From an uncultured Gemmatimonadaceae bacterium (GTDB lineage: Bacteria; Gemmatimonadota; Gemmatimonadetes; Gemmatimonadales; Gemmatimonadaceae), in contig CAWGJO010000027.1 in assembly GCA_963822945.1 (NCBI GenBank), positions 128,001 through 192,000 of the forward strand: a DNA stretch of 64,000 nt, written 5' to 3'. The notes beneath the pieces are model-generated. The model made no database searches and was not told the DNA's origin. It worked only from the letters and a program-made list of their open reading frames with translations. Made by a program: the position numbers and the translations under genes. This document shows, piece after piece, positions 46,742 through 57,221 of this stretch. How positions within the stretch are numbered: position 1 is the first letter of the stretch; every line of letters starts with the position of its first letter.

Positions 46742-47574
46742 GCGGCCACCATTCGCGTGTCGGGATGCGCGGTTCCGAGCGCGGCCAGCACCCGGCCGTG
46801 CGCGAGGTCGAGGTCGCGGGGGATGTCCTGCCCGGTGGTCACCCAGCGCGCCGGCAGCGGCACCGCATCGCTGAGATCCACCAACGCCGACTCGTCGTGC
46901 AGTTCGTCCACCTTGGCATACAGCGCATGGGTGGGACGGCACGCGGCGTATTCGGTGACCAGCGCGGCGGCCAGGTCCGGGCGAAGCCCCGACGGGATCA
47001 TCAGATGCACCTCGTCGGGACTCACCGACTGCAGCATGCTGCGCCAGACGCCGTTCACCTGTTGCGCATGCGGGCTGCGTCCCGGTGTGTCGATGATGAC
47101 GACGTCGCACTCATCGAGCCGGGCCAGCGCCCGGAGCATGTCCTTGGGCTCGTACGCCACTTCGAGGACGAGATCGGCGAGCGCGGCCAACTCGCCGATC
47201 TGCTCGAGCGCGCCCACGCGATACGTATCGACCGTCAGCACGCCCACTCGCTGGTTCCGGAACGCGGAGGCATTGAGGGCGAGCTTGGCCACCGTCGTGG
47301 TCTTGCCGGAGCCGGTGGGTCCGACGAGCGCCACGATGAACGGTCCGATGTCGCCGCGTCCGTAGGGGCCGCGGCGGAAGACCGGGGCCGGCGTATTCAG
47401 GCGGCGGCGCAGCGTCTCGACCTCGTCCATGGGCGCGACGGTGAGTTGGAACCGCGTGGCACCCTCGTGATGCAGCACCTCGGTGCGCAGAATCACAGCG
47501 TCCTCACCGAGCGCGGCGCGCGCGTTTTCGAACACGTGTCGAAGCTGGACTCCGCTGAACACTTCACTTCGCAT
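46738..47574 (-). CDS. flhF: FlhF SRP-type GTPase, short form
   Basis: ALGEDAVIL, GPTGSGKTTTVAKLA, DTYRVGA, DTPGRS, KVDE, TGQDIP. Confidence 0.9.
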   Translation of the reverse strand: MRSEVFSGVQLRHVFENARAALGEDAVILRTEVLHHEGATRFQLTVAPMDEVETLRRRLNTPAPVFRRGPYGRGDIGPFIVALVGPTGSGKTTTVAKLALNASAFRNQRVGVLTVDTYRVGALEQIGELAALADLVLEVAYEPKDMLRALARLDECDVVIIDTPGRSPHAQQVNGVWRSMLQSVSPDEVHLMIPSGLRPDLAAALVTEYAACRPTHALYAKVDELHDESALVDLSDAVPLPARWVTTGQDIPRDLDLAHGRVLAALGTAHPDTRMVAA

Positions 47575-49645
47575 GGGGAAGCTCCCAGGTAGCAACGGCG
47601 TTGAGTTTGACGGCGGGTGGCAGCTCGGCGAGCGACAGCACGGAAACGCCGGGCAGAACGGGCTCGAGCAACCGGCGGACTCCCACCCGGAGTGACGGTG
47701 GCGTGATCAGCGGCGGCATCCGCCCCTCACTCGCGAATCGCGTGGCGAGCCGGTCGAGATCGCGGAGGGCCGCGCCGAGCGTGTCGGGGGTGAGCACGGA
47801 GTGCTCGGCGTTGGCCCGCGGGCTGAGCAGGCCCATGAGCGCGGCTTCCAGCCGTGGTCCGACGGTGAGCGCCGACAGCGCGCCGTCCGGGGTGGTGAAC
47901 TGGCGGGCGATCACGTTGGTGAGCGCACGCCGGGCATATTCCGTGAGGGCTTCGGCGTCCTTCGTCTGGTCGGCCGCGTCTCCGATGGCTTCGAGAATCG
48001 TCACCAGGTCCCGGATCGGCACGCGCTCGCGCAGCAGGCGTTGCAGGACACGATGGAGCACGGCGAGCGGCACCTTGTTCGGGATCACCTCGTCCACCAG
48101 GGCCGCATGCGTCTTCTTGAGCGTCTCGACCATCGCCTGCACATCCTGACGGCCAAGCAGTTCGGCCGCGTTGGCCTTGAGCGATTCCATCAAGTGCGTC
48201 GCGATGACGGTCGTCGGCTCGACGACCACGTACCCGTTGGCCTCGGCGTCCACCCGGCGGGCCGGCGCGATCCACCGCGCCGCCATACCGAACGATGGGT
48301 CGATGGTTTCGATGCCTTCGATGGCCCGCTGTACGGTGCCGGTGTCGAGCGCCAACAGGTAGCGCGGCATCACCTCGGCGCGGGCGATCTCGGAGCCGCG
48401 GAGTTTCAGCAGGTACTCGTTGGCGGGCAGCCGGATGTCGTCGCGGATCCGCACGGGGGGAATCAGGATCCCCACCTCGAGCGCCGCCTGCTTGCGCAGC
48501 AGTTGGATGCGCTCCAGCAGATCGCCGCCCTGTTTCTCGTCGACCAGCGGGATCAGCGCATAGCCGACCTCGAGTTCGATGGCATCGATCTGCAACAGGT
48601 CGTGCAGCGGGTCGGCCGCTTGCAGCGCCGGCGCGGCCGCGGCGGCCGCTTCCTGCTGCGCGTGGGCCGCACGCCGGCGCTCGTCGGTGCGCGCCAGGCG
48701 GGCCATCACACCCATGCCGCCGGCCAGCAGCAGGAAGGGCAGCGCCGGGAGTCCCGGCACGAACCCGAACACGGCGAGCACGCCCGCCGACAGGCCCAGC
48801 GAACGCGAGTTCCCCAGCTGTGCCGCCACCTGCGCGCCCATGCGGGCGCCGCCCGACGCGCGCGTAACCATGATGCCGGCCGCGGTGCTCACGATCAGCG
48901 CCGGGATCTGGGTCACGAGACCGTCGCCGACGGTGAGCAGCGTGTACGTCGAGGCGGCGCGGCTGAGCGGCATGCCGCGCTGCAACACCCCCACCACCAT
49001 GCCACCCACGATGTTGATGCCGGTGATGAGCAGGCCCGCGATCGCGTCGCCCTTCACGAACTTGGAGGCGCCGTCCATCGCGCCGTAGAAGTCGGCCTGG
49101 CGGGCGATCTCCTCGCGCCGCCGACGGGCCTGCCGCTCGTCGATCAGTCCCGCCGAGAGATCGGCGTCGATCGCCATCTGCTTGCCGGGCATGGCGTCGA
49201 GGGTGAACCGCGCCGCTACCTCGGCCACGCGCCCCGCGCCCTTGGTGATGACGATGAAGTTGATGCCGACGAGAATCAGGAACAGCACCACGCCCACGGC
49301 GTAGTTGCCGCCGATCACGAACTGGCCGAAGGCGTGAATGACGCTGCCCGCCTCGCCGCGCCCGAGGATGAGCCGCGTGCTGCACACGTTCAGCGCCAAC
49401 CGGAAGAGCGTGAACAGCAGCAGCAGGGCCGGGAACGAACTGAACTCCAGCGCTTCGGTGGTCTGGAGCACGGTGAGCAGCATCGCAAGCGACGCGCCGA
49501 TGCTGGTGGCCAGAAACAGATCGAGCAGGAAGGGCGGCAGGGGCACGACGAGCAGCGCGATCACGAACACGACCGCGGCCGCGAGCGCCAGCTCCGCCTT
49601 GCGGCTCGCCGAACCGGCCTCGATGGGCAGCACGGCCGTACTCAC
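47564..49645 (-). CDS. flhA: Export gate protein FlhA
   Basis: RVAEVAARFTLDAMPGKQMAIDADL, FYGAMDGASKFVKGDAIAG. Confidence 0.97.
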   Translation of the reverse strand: MSTAVLPIEAGSASRKAELALAAAVVFVIALLVVPLPPFLLDLFLATSIGASLAMLLTVLQTTEALEFSSFPALLLLFTLFRLALNVCSTRLILGRGEAGSVIHAFGQFVIGGNYAVGVVLFLILVGINFIVITKGAGRVAEVAARFTLDAMPGKQMAIDADLSAGLIDERQARRRREEIARQADFYGAMDGASKFVKGDAIAGLLITGINIVGGMVVGVLQRGMPLSRAASTYTLLTVGDGLVTQIPALIVSTAAGIMVTRASGGARMGAQVAAQLGNSRSLGLSAGVLAVFGFVPGLPALPFLLLAGGMGVMARLARTDERRRAAHAQQEAAAAAAPALQAADPLHDLLQIDAIELEVGYALIPLVDEKQGGDLLERIQLLRKQAALEVGILIPPVRIRDDIRLPANEYLLKLRGSEIARAEVMPRYLLALDTGTVQRAIEGIETIDPSFGMAARWIAPARRVDAEANGYVVVEPTTVIATHLMESLKANAAELLGRQDVQAMVETLKKTHAALVDEVIPNKVPLAVLHRVLQRLLRERVPIRDLVTILEAIGDAADQTKDAEALTEYARRALTNVIARQFTTPDGALSALTVGPRLEAALMGLLSPRANAEHSVLTPDTLGAALRDLDRLATRFASEGRMPPLITPPSLRVGVRRLLEPVLPGVSVLSLAELPPAVKLNAVATWELPHAK

Positions 49646-50733
49646 GCCATCACCTCCTGTAGTCGCTTGCCGCGGACGATGCGGCGGCGGATCACGAACG
49701 CGAGGATCTCGGCCACGGCCACGTACAGCTCGGCGGGGATCATCGTGCCCACGTGCGCGCCGGCCAGCAGGGCGCGCGCCAACGGCTTGTTCTCCACCAG
49801 CGGGACGCCGGCTTCGCGCGCGATCGCCTTGATCCGTTCGGCCACCTTCCGCTGACCCATCGCGACGACCAGAGGCGCCGGCGCCTTGGCGGGATCGTAG
49901 ACCAGGGCCACCGCGATGTGGGTGGGGTTGGTGATCACCACGTCGGCCGATGGGATGGCGCGGAACATCTGCCGGCGCGCCATGGCGCGACCCATGCTCC
50001 GCATGCGCTGCTTGATGAGCGGGTCGCCTTCCGTCTCCCGCGCCTCCTGCCGCAGATCCTCCTTCGACATGCGCAGGCGACGCTCGTGCAGCCAGACCTG
50101 CCAGAAGTAGTCGGCGCCGGCGAGCGCCAGGTAGCTGAAGCCGGCGGTCACGAACAGCTGTACGGTGCGCCGGGCAATGACGCCGGCCAGCGCCAGTTCG
50201 GATTGCTGCGGCAGGGCCGTAATGTCGGCCCATGCCGCGCGCACGGTGGCTCGCATCGCGAGGCCGATCACGACGAGCTTCAGCGCCGCCTTGAGCAGCT
50301 CGCCGATGCCCTGGGTGCCGAATACGCGCTTCACGTTCTCCAACGGATTCAACCGGCCCGGCTGAGGCTGCAGCGGCTTCCACGACAGCACGCCGCGCGC
50401 CTGCGCGCCGGCCACGGCGACGGCAATGGTCGTCAGCGCCGCGAGCCACAGGCTGAGCGCGCCGAGCGCGCGCCAGCCGACCCAGCGGATGAGGGCCACC
50501 AGGCCCTCGACGCCCAGGTCCGGGGTGCCCGACGCGGAGAGCCCGACACCCACGATGTCGCGCAACGCAACCGCCAGCGTGGGCCCCACGGTGGTCACGA
50601 CCAGCGCCGACCCGAGCAGCAGAGCGACGGTCGTGAGGTCCTGGCTGCGCGCCACCTGGCCGTCGCGCAGCGCCTGCTGCCGCCGGCGGGGGGTCGCGGC
50701 CTCGGTGCGCTCCAGATCGCTGCTTTCGGACAT
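49642..50733 (-). CDS. flhB: Export switch protein FlhB
   Basis: TEAATPRR, EGDP, TNPTH autocleavage motif. Confidence 0.97.
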   Translation of the reverse strand: MSESSDLERTEAATPRRRQQALRDGQVARSQDLTTVALLLGSALVVTTVGPTLAVALRDIVGVGLSASGTPDLGVEGLVALIRWVGWRALGALSLWLAALTTIAVAVAGAQARGVLSWKPLQPQPGRLNPLENVKRVFGTQGIGELLKAALKLVVIGLAMRATVRAAWADITALPQQSELALAGVIARRTVQLFVTAGFSYLALAGADYFWQVWLHERRLRMSKEDLRQEARETEGDPLIKQRMRSMGRAMARRQMFRAIPSADVVITNPTHIAVALVYDPAKAPAPLVVAMGQRKVAERIKAIAREAGVPLVENKPLARALLAGAHVGTMIPAELYVAVAEILAFVIRRRIVRGKRLQEVMA

Positions 50734-50734
50734 G

Positions 50735-51529
50735 TCAGCGGCCTCGGGCGCCGGCCAGCGCGCGGAATGCGTGGGTGATCATGGCGTCGTACTCGCCGCG
50801 CCATCCGTGCAGCCAGCCGGCGATGAACGGCAGCGCGGCGCCGAGCGCGAACACGCCGACGGCGATCTGCAACGGGAACGAGATCGCGAGCAGGTTCATC
50901 TGGGGCGCCACGCGCCCGAGCACCGACAGCGCCGCGTTCACGACCATCACGGCGGCGATCACCGGCGACGCGAAGCGCATGCCGAGCACGAACAGACGCG
51001 TACCCAGGCCGACGAGCGCCGACAGGCCGGCGTCGAGGTGCATCACGGACCCCACCGGCAGCCGATCGAGACTCGTGGCCAGTGCCTGCAGCATGACCAG
51101 GTGCAGGTTGAGCGACAGCAGCAGCGCAATCGTGAACAGACTCGCGAACTCGCTGAGCGCCGAACTCTGGCCCTGGCCGAGCGGATCGACGAGCGCGGCG
51201 CCCGAGAGGCCGATCTGAATGCCGAGAATCTCGCCCGCGGCCTCGGCGGCCCCCACGATGAGTGCGGCGCCGGTGCCTATGACGATCCCGACCACCGCCT
51301 CGCCGGCCACCGCGGCCGGCGTGAGCAACGGCATGCCCACGGCGCTGGTCAGCGCCACCGGCACCAGCAACACCGAGATGAGCACCACGAGCAGCGTACG
51401 TACCGGAACCGGGACCGTGCGCGCGCTGAACACGGGGGCCGTGAGCACCACCCCACCCACGCGCGTCGACACGAGCACCAGCATCGTCGCCGCGCCGGGC
51501 GCGAACGGATCGAAGGCGGCGACGATCAC
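50735..51529 (-). CDS. fliR: Export protein FliR
   Basis: APVFS, AGEILGIQIGL, GRVAPQMNL..SFP. Confidence 0.93.
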   Translation of the reverse strand: MIVAAFDPFAPGAATMLVLVSTRVGGVVLTAPVFSARTVPVPVRTLLVVLISVLLVPVALTSAVGMPLLTPAAVAGEAVVGIVIGTGAALIVGAAEAAGEILGIQIGLSGAALVDPLGQGQSSALSEFASLFTIALLLSLNLHLVMLQALATSLDRLPVGSVMHLDAGLSALVGLGTRLFVLGMRFASPVIAAVMVVNAALSVLGRVAPQMNLLAISFPLQIAVGVFALGAALPFIAGWLHGWRGEYDAMITHAFRALAGARGR

Positions 51530-51795
51530 GACACGAGCCCCGGAATGCCGCGGAACAGTTCCGTGGCATAGCGCACCACCAGTTCGAGCATCCACGGCAG
51601 CGCAATGAGGAACACCACCGCCACGGCCACGAGTTTGGGCACGAAGGAGATCGTCTGCTCCTGTACCTGGGTGAGCGCCTGCACGATGCTCACCAGCAGG
51701 CCCACCACGAGCGCCGTGAGCAGCATCGGCGCCGAGAGCAGCACCGCGGTGAGGATCGCGTGGCGGGCGAGGTCGACGACGAGGGCGTAGGGCAT
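51526..51795 (-). CDS. fliQ: Export protein FliQ
   Basis: GLLVSIVQALTQVQEQTISFVPKL. Confidence 0.96.
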   Translation of the reverse strand: MPYALVVDLARHAILTAVLLSAPMLLTALVVGLLVSIVQALTQVQEQTISFVPKLVAVAVVFLIALPWMLELVVRYATELFRGIPGLVS

Positions 51796-51802
51796 CGCGC
51801 GC

Positions 51803-53008
51803 TCAGCGGAAGCTGTGGACGAGGCCCTGAATGACCAGCGACCACCCGTCGACCAGCACGAACAACAGCAGCTTGAAGGGCAGCGAGATCATCACCGGCG
51901 GGAGCATCATCATCCCCATGCTCATCAGCACCGCCGACACGACGATGTCGATCACGATGAACGGCAGGAACAGCGCGAAGCCGATCTGGAATGCCGTGCG
52001 CAGCTCGCTGGTCACGAACGCCGACATCACGGTGACCGTGGGGATGTCGTCCACCGTCTTGGGCGGCGCTTCACGGCTCATCTCGACGAACGCCTGCAGA
52101 TCGGACTGCCGCGTCTGACGCAGCATGAACTGGCGGAACGGCGTGATCGCCGTCGTCATCATGGTCGCCTGGTCCATCCGGCCGTCGAGCCACGGCGTGA
52201 GCGCCGTGCGATTCACCTCGGTCAGCGTGGGCGCCATCACGACGCCCGTGAGCAACAGCGCCAGCGCCGTCACCAGATGCGCCGGCGGAGCAGCCTGGGC
52301 GCCGATGGCCTGCCGCAGGAAGTTCAGCACCACGAGAATGCGCGTGAAGCTCGTCATCAGCAGCAGCAGCGTGGGCAGCAGTGTCAGCAGGCCCATGAGG
52401 ACGATCACGCCCACGGTACCGCTCAGGTGCAGCCCGTCGGCGGCGCCGGAGGCGCCGTTGTTGAGCCTGAGGTCGATCTGCGGCATCGCATGGGCCAACG
52501 CTTCCACGGTGGACGGGGCGAGCGCCGGGGCCTGGGCCGGGGCCGTGGTGGGCCCAACGGCAGCGGGGTGCGACGCCCCCGACGGGGGAGGCGGCGCGGC
52601 CTGCGCGCGCACGGCGGCCGGCCACAGCAACGCAGCAGCCACCACCGTCATCGCGGCGCGGGTCCCCATCCGGCGCGCGCGGATGAGCCCCGCCGCCAGC
52701 AGCCGACGGAAGTCTGGCGCGGCATCCGGCGTGCCCGCGGCGCGATCCGCCACCTCGGCGGCCTCGAGTTCCCGCAGCACGTGCACCCCACCCTCCCCGA
52801 GCGAGACGGCAACGTGGCGTGCGCCGATGCGCACCACCGCGATGCCCTGCCGCGGGCCGAGCCCGATGCGCTGCACCACCTGCAGACGCACCGCACCGGT
52901 GCCCGAAGGCGTCACGACGTACCGCCGCAGCAGGCGCAGTGCCACCGCCGCCAGCGCGAGCACGAAGACCAGGGTCAGCCCGATGCCGACCGCGCTGCTG
53001 AAGCTCAC
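51803..53008 (-). CDS. fliP: FliO-FliP fusion protein
   Basis: N-terminal FliO-like TM plus LQVVQRIGLGPRQGIAVVRIG, in frame with FliP core MTSFTRI, SELRTAFQIGF, PFKLLLFVLVDGW. Confidence 0.88.
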   Translation of the reverse strand: MSFSSAVGIGLTLVFVLALAAVALRLLRRYVVTPSGTGAVRLQVVQRIGLGPRQGIAVVRIGARHVAVSLGEGGVHVLRELEAAEVADRAAGTPDAAPDFRRLLAAGLIRARRMGTRAAMTVVAAALLWPAAVRAQAAPPPPSGASHPAAVGPTTAPAQAPALAPSTVEALAHAMPQIDLRLNNGASGAADGLHLSGTVGVIVLMGLLTLLPTLLLLMTSFTRILVVLNFLRQAIGAQAAPPAHLVTALALLLTGVVMAPTLTEVNRTALTPWLDGRMDQATMMTTAITPFRQFMLRQTRQSDLQAFVEMSREAPPKTVDDIPTVTVMSAFVTSELRTAFQIGFALFLPFIVIDIVVSAVLMSMGMMMLPPVMISLPFKLLLFVLVDGWSLVIQGLVHSFR

Positions 53009-53346
53009 GATGCGGCGCCCGTGGAGGGTGAGGAGACGAGAATGCGCGTCACGCGAACGCCGAAGTTCTCGCCGAGCACCACCACCTCTCCCTCGGCGAA
53101 TCGCCGGTCCCCGACGTACACATCCACCGGCTCGCCGGCCAGCCGTTCGAGCTGCACCACGGAGCCGCGGCCCAGGCGCAGGATTTCCTGAACGGTCATC
53201 GAGGTGCGCCCGAGTTCGATCACCACGGGCAGCGTGAGGTCCATGAGGGCCGAGAGCGGGAGCTGCCCCTCGGTAGTCGGTTGGCTCGCGAGGTCGCTGA
53301 GCTCGGTCGGCGTTGCGGACATGGCGTCGGTCATTGAAGCACTCAT
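53005..53346 (-). CDS. fliN: Motor switch protein FliN
   Basis: ELGRTSM, GSVVQL, GEVVVLGENFGVRVT. Confidence 0.95.
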   Translation of the reverse strand: MSASMTDAMSATPTELSDLASQPTTEGQLPLSALMDLTLPVVIELGRTSMTVQEILRLGRGSVVQLERLAGEPVDVYVGDRRFAEGEVVVLGENFGVRVTRILVSSPSTGAAS

Positions 53347-54389
53347 GAGATGCGGGGAGTCGGGGCCGCGCCGTTTCTGGCGGCATGGTCACTGGGGTCG
53401 GTGGCGTCGATGGGGCCGGCGATCTGGACGCCGATGCGTCCGTTCACGCGGCCGGCGGTGCCGCTGAACCGGGGAGTGGCGCCGACGTACACCTCGAGCG
53501 GCGCGTTGCGCGCGATACCCGTAGGCATCACCCGTCCGACGGTGAGCGACTGCAGCTCGCGCATCGACACGCGGAATTCGGGCAGCCGCGCCGCCACCGC
53601 CACGCGTGATGCGCGGAGCGACAACTCCGACAGTTCGCGGGTGGCCGCCTGCTCGTCCGGACTGCCGGTCATCACGATGCGGCGCGTGTTCGTCGTCGAG
53701 AAGAACTTCTCGACCGCCATGTATGGAAGGCAGATCACGAAGAGACAGGTGTGATCGGCTGCCGTGACTTCGAAGTTGGCCACCACCACCGGGTCTTCGT
53801 GGTTCGCGGCGCGGAGGATTTCGGGAATCGACTCGAAGCCGCTGAGCTCGAGTTCCAACTCCACGTGGTCGCGCCACACCTCGGCGACGTGATGCACGGT
53901 CCGCTCGGCGAGCGTCCGCACGGCCATTCGTTCGATCGGCGTCATCGGCCGCTGCGGAATGGTCGGCGTGCCGCTCCCGCCGAACAACCGATCGACGAGG
54001 AAGAACGCGAATTCCGATCCGATGTCGATGACGCCCTGCAGCCCGCCGACCGGCAGGATGTCGAAGGTGTACGCCGCGCATGGTGTGGGCAGCGAGAGCA
54101 CGAACTCGCCGAAGCTGTACTGCTCGACGCTCTGCAGCCGCAGGTCGACCTGTCCGCGCACCCGGCCCAGGAGCCACCCTTCGAGCGATTTCGCCAGGCG
54201 TTCGTACATCGCTTCGAGCGTCCGCAGCTTCTCCTTCGAGACGCGGTAGGGACGCCGGAAGTCGTACAGTTGCGCGTCCAACCCGGCCGGCGGCGGCGCG
54301 ACGGCGGCCGCGGCCGGCGCCGACCCCTGCCGGAACAGGGAGTCGATCTGATCCTGCGTGAGCGCTTCCTTGGTGGCGCGGTCGCTCAT
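53343..54389 (-). CDS. fliM: Motor switch protein FliM
   Basis: LTQDQIDSL CheY-binding motif, YDFRRP, DRLFGG. Confidence 0.95.
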   Translation of the reverse strand: MSDRATKEALTQDQIDSLFRQGSAPAAAAVAPPPAGLDAQLYDFRRPYRVSKEKLRTLEAMYERLAKSLEGWLLGRVRGQVDLRLQSVEQYSFGEFVLSLPTPCAAYTFDILPVGGLQGVIDIGSEFAFFLVDRLFGGSGTPTIPQRPMTPIERMAVRTLAERTVHHVAEVWRDHVELELELSGFESIPEILRAANHEDPVVVANFEVTAADHTCLFVICLPYMAVEKFFSTTNTRRIVMTGSPDEQAATRELSELSLRASRVAVAARLPEFRVSMRELQSLTVGRVMPTGIARNAPLEVYVGATPRFSGTAGRVNGRIGVQIAGPIDATDPSDHAARNGAAPTPRIS

Positions 54390-54889
54390 TGGATCACGAA
54401 CTGCGGAAAGTAGATCTGCCGGATGGCGCCGGGAGCGAACAACTTGCTCAACCGGTCCTTGAGTTCGCGGCGCAGCGCCACACGCTGGCCAACGTCCGCC
54501 AGCTGGTCCACGGTCTTGCTCCCCAGGAGCTGCAGCGCCTGATCGCGAACCTCGGCGTCGCGGTCGTTCATCTGTTGGTTCACCGCGGCATCGCGCACTT
54601 CGATGGCCACCGTCACCATGAGAAAGCGCGTGCCGCCGGTGCCGGCCGGATTGAGCACCAGGTTGTCGATCTGATGCATCACCGTCGAACCAGCGTCGGC
54701 CTTTGCCGAGTCGGATGCCTGGGCGGCCGCTGCGGCCTGGAGCCGCTTCACCACGCGCGGTCCAACGAGCCCCGTTCCCAGGCCACCGCCCACCAGCAGC
54801 GCGACTGCGCCAACGACGATCGTGAGCACTTTGGACGGGCGTTGTGGTGCCGCGACTTCTTCCGGGGACGCAGGTGCTTCTTCAGCCAT
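54386..54889 (-). CDS. fliL: Basal-body protein FliL
   Basis: N-terminal TM; LVLNPA...RFL, VRD...LL.SKT, IYFPQFVIQ. Confidence 0.92.
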   Translation of the reverse strand: MAEEAPASPEEVAAPQRPSKVLTIVVGAVALLVGGGLGTGLVGPRVVKRLQAAAAAQASDSAKADAGSTVMHQIDNLVLNPAGTGGTRFLMVTVAIEVRDAAVNQQMNDRDAEVRDQALQLLGSKTVDQLADVGQRVALRRELKDRLSKLFAPGAIRQIYFPQFVIQ

Positions 54890-54952
54890 GTTTCCGTACC
54901 GAGGGGGTTCTGTGCAGCCATTGTCGCGAAGCGTCTCGCGCCCCCCACTAAG

Positions 54953-54967
54953 GCACACCGCGTACCA
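54953..54967 (-). promoter_or_regulatory. Sigma54-like -24/-12 promoter upstream of fliL
   Basis: TGGTACG-CGGT-GTGC on the minus strand, GG/GC at canonical spacing, 63 bp before the fliL ATG. Confidence 0.55.
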
Positions 54968-55158
54968 CGTGCGCCCGCCGATGCCACGCCGCTGGCACGG
55001 ATCGAACCCGTTGTCAAACAACGAGTTGGCGGAACGCCCCCCCGACCCCCCACGCCCCGGCACCATGCGCACCTTCTTCCCGTCGGCAACAACTTCCCAG
55101 CGCACTCGGCGCACTCTGCCGGTCTCCCATCCCCCAACCGCTCCACCCGGAAGCAGAG

Positions 55159-55184
55159 CGGGGCCGGACGAGTGTCCGGCCCCG
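55159..55184 (-). terminator. Stem-loop downstream of flgE, probable terminator
   Basis: CGGGGCCGGAC-gagt-GTCCGGCCCCG, perfect 11-bp stem, 32 bp after the flgE stop; U-tract weak. Confidence 0.65.
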
Positions 55185-55216
55185 GTGCGGAGTGAATCTT
55201 TCGGAACGCCGTGGAT

Positions 55217-56514
55217 TTACTGTTTCAGATTCACGACCTCCTGGAGCATCTGATCACTCGTCGTGATCACGCGGCTGTTGGCCTGGAAGCCACGCTCGGC
55301 CACGATCATGTTGGTGAACTCGTTGGCCAGATCCACGTTCGACATCTCGAGTGCGCCGCTGGTGATGAACGACTGGCTGCCCTGAAGGGGGAGGCCCAGC
55401 ACCGCGCTGCCCGAGTTGCCCGTGGTGGTATACATGTTGTCGCCCGACCGCATCAGGCCGCTCGGGTTGTTGAAGTCGGCCAGCACGATCTGCCCCAGCG
55501 GCTGGGTGACGCCGTTGGTGAACGACCCGGTGATCAGTCCCGTGCGGTCGATGGAGAAGCTCTGGAGCGTGCCGGCCGTGAAGCCGTCCTGGTTGCTCAT
55601 CACGGCGGTGGTGCTGCCCGAGAAGCTCGACAGCCCGTTCACCGTTCCACTCCCCGCATCGAGCGTGATCGACATCGGCTGCGCCCCCGGCGGGGTGAAC
55701 GTAATGGCCGGAATGGACGACGCGGCGGTGTCGAGCGTGCCGTCGTTCTTGAACACGAACTTGCCCGGTCCGAAGTTGGCCGGCGCGGTGTTGTCGTAGT
55801 TCAGGTTCGTCGGATCCACCTGCCAGTCCCACTCGTCGGGCGCGGTCTTCCACATCGTGACCTTGAGGTCGTGTTTGTTGCCCAGGGTGTCGTAGGTGGT
55901 GATGGTCGTGTCGAGGAACGCGCCGGCGTTGGCCGGATTGGCGAGGTCGGCGGCGTTGTTGACGCTGCCGGTGAAGATCGGCGCGCCCGCATCGATGTTG
56001 CCCGACAGCGTGACTTTGGTGGTCGCCGAGGCCGACGTCTTCTGGCCGAACGGCAGCTTGATGTCCTGGATCTGATCCGTCATCTGGCCGTTGACCGCCA
56101 GCTTGCCCTGGACCACGAAGCCGTTGGTCGGTGACACCAGCCGGCCGTCGGCATCGAGCTGGAAGTTGCCCGACCGCGTATAGAACTGCTGGTTGCCCTT
56201 GGCGACGACGAAGAACGCGTTGCCCTGGATGGCCATGTCGGTGTTGACGCCGGTGGTCTCGATGTTGCCCTGGCTGAACAGCGTGTCGATGCTCCCGATG
56301 GCCGAGCCGAGGCCGATCTGGATGGGGTTGGTGCCGCCCGATTCCCCGGGGGGCGGCTGGCCCCCTGGAGCAGCTGCGCGAACGCTTCCTTGAACGTCAC
56401 GCGGCCGGACTTGAACGCCACCGTGTTCACGTTGGCGATGTTGTTGCCGATCACGTCCATTCGGGTCTGGTTGTCCTGCAGACCGGAGACGGCGGCGAAG
56501 AGGGAACGCATCAT
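55217..56514 (-). CDS. flgE: Hook protein FlgE, frameshift near 56339
   Basis: [12 protein letters not shown]...[13 protein letters not shown] in one frame; [11 protein letters not shown]...[12 protein letters not shown]...RGFQANSR in the next. Confidence 0.93.
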
Positions 56515-56543
56515 GGGAAGAACTCTCCTGAGGAGGAAGGAAA

Positions 56544-57221
56544 TCAGCTGCCGCTGATTGCGGTCACGGAGCCGAAGGGGATGGTGAGCGGGCCGGCGCC
56601 GAGGACTGGGCCATTGGCGGTCGCCTGCAGGGAATCGATCTTCGCGACGGTGTACGTCGTCACCGGCACGCTGGCGCCGGTGGAGTCGGTGACCTCCACC
56701 TGGTAGGTGTAGGCCCCGCTCGTCAGCCCGGCGGCCGTCGCGCCGAGGGTGATCTTCTGATGGCCGCCGTTGAGCGAACCGAGGTGCTCGGTGTCCACCT
56801 CGGCGCCGGAGGCGTCGAAGATGTGAACGGTCGCATCGCCGCCGGTGTTGCCGACATCGAAGGTGATCGTAGGCGCGGTACCGTTGGTAACTGCTACCTG
56901 ATTGCCGGTGGCCGTCACGGTACGCCCGATGGTCGTGGCGGCGGTGTTCATCGTCACCGCCTGTTCGATGCCCTGCGACGCCGTGTTCTGCGCCGACAGC
57001 GCCGAGTTGATGTCGACCAGTTGATTGAGACTCGAGAACTGGGCGAGCTGCGCCGCCAGGTCCTTTCCGTCCATGGGATTGGTCGGATCCTGATTCTTCA
57101 TCTGGGCAACGAGCAGCTTGAGAAAGTCGTCCTGACCCATCGACGTGTTCATCGACGTGGACGCGGCTGCCGATTGCGTCGCGCCCGCCGAGGAAGACGT
57201 GGGCTGGATGGGAGCCGTCAT
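56544..57221 (-). CDS. flgD: Hook capping protein FlgD
   Basis: [29 protein letters not shown]. Confidence 0.96.
   Translation of the reverse strand: MTAPIQPTSSSAGATQSAAASTSMNTSMGQDDFLKLLVAQMKNQDPTNPMDGKDLAAQLAQFSSLNQLVDINSALSAQNTASQGIEQAVTMNTAATTIGRTVTATGNQVAVTNGTAPTITFDVGNTGGDATVHIFDASGAEVDTEHLGSLNGGHQKITLGATAAGLTSGAYTYQVEVTDSTGASVPVTTYTVAKIDSLQATANGPVLGAGPLTIPFGSVTAISGS

Noticed and set aside
36605..56514. Calling motB, flgK, flgI and flgE pseudogenes
   Set aside because: Single indels with no other decay, and the same error type occurs in non-flagellar genes; assembly error is more parsimonious
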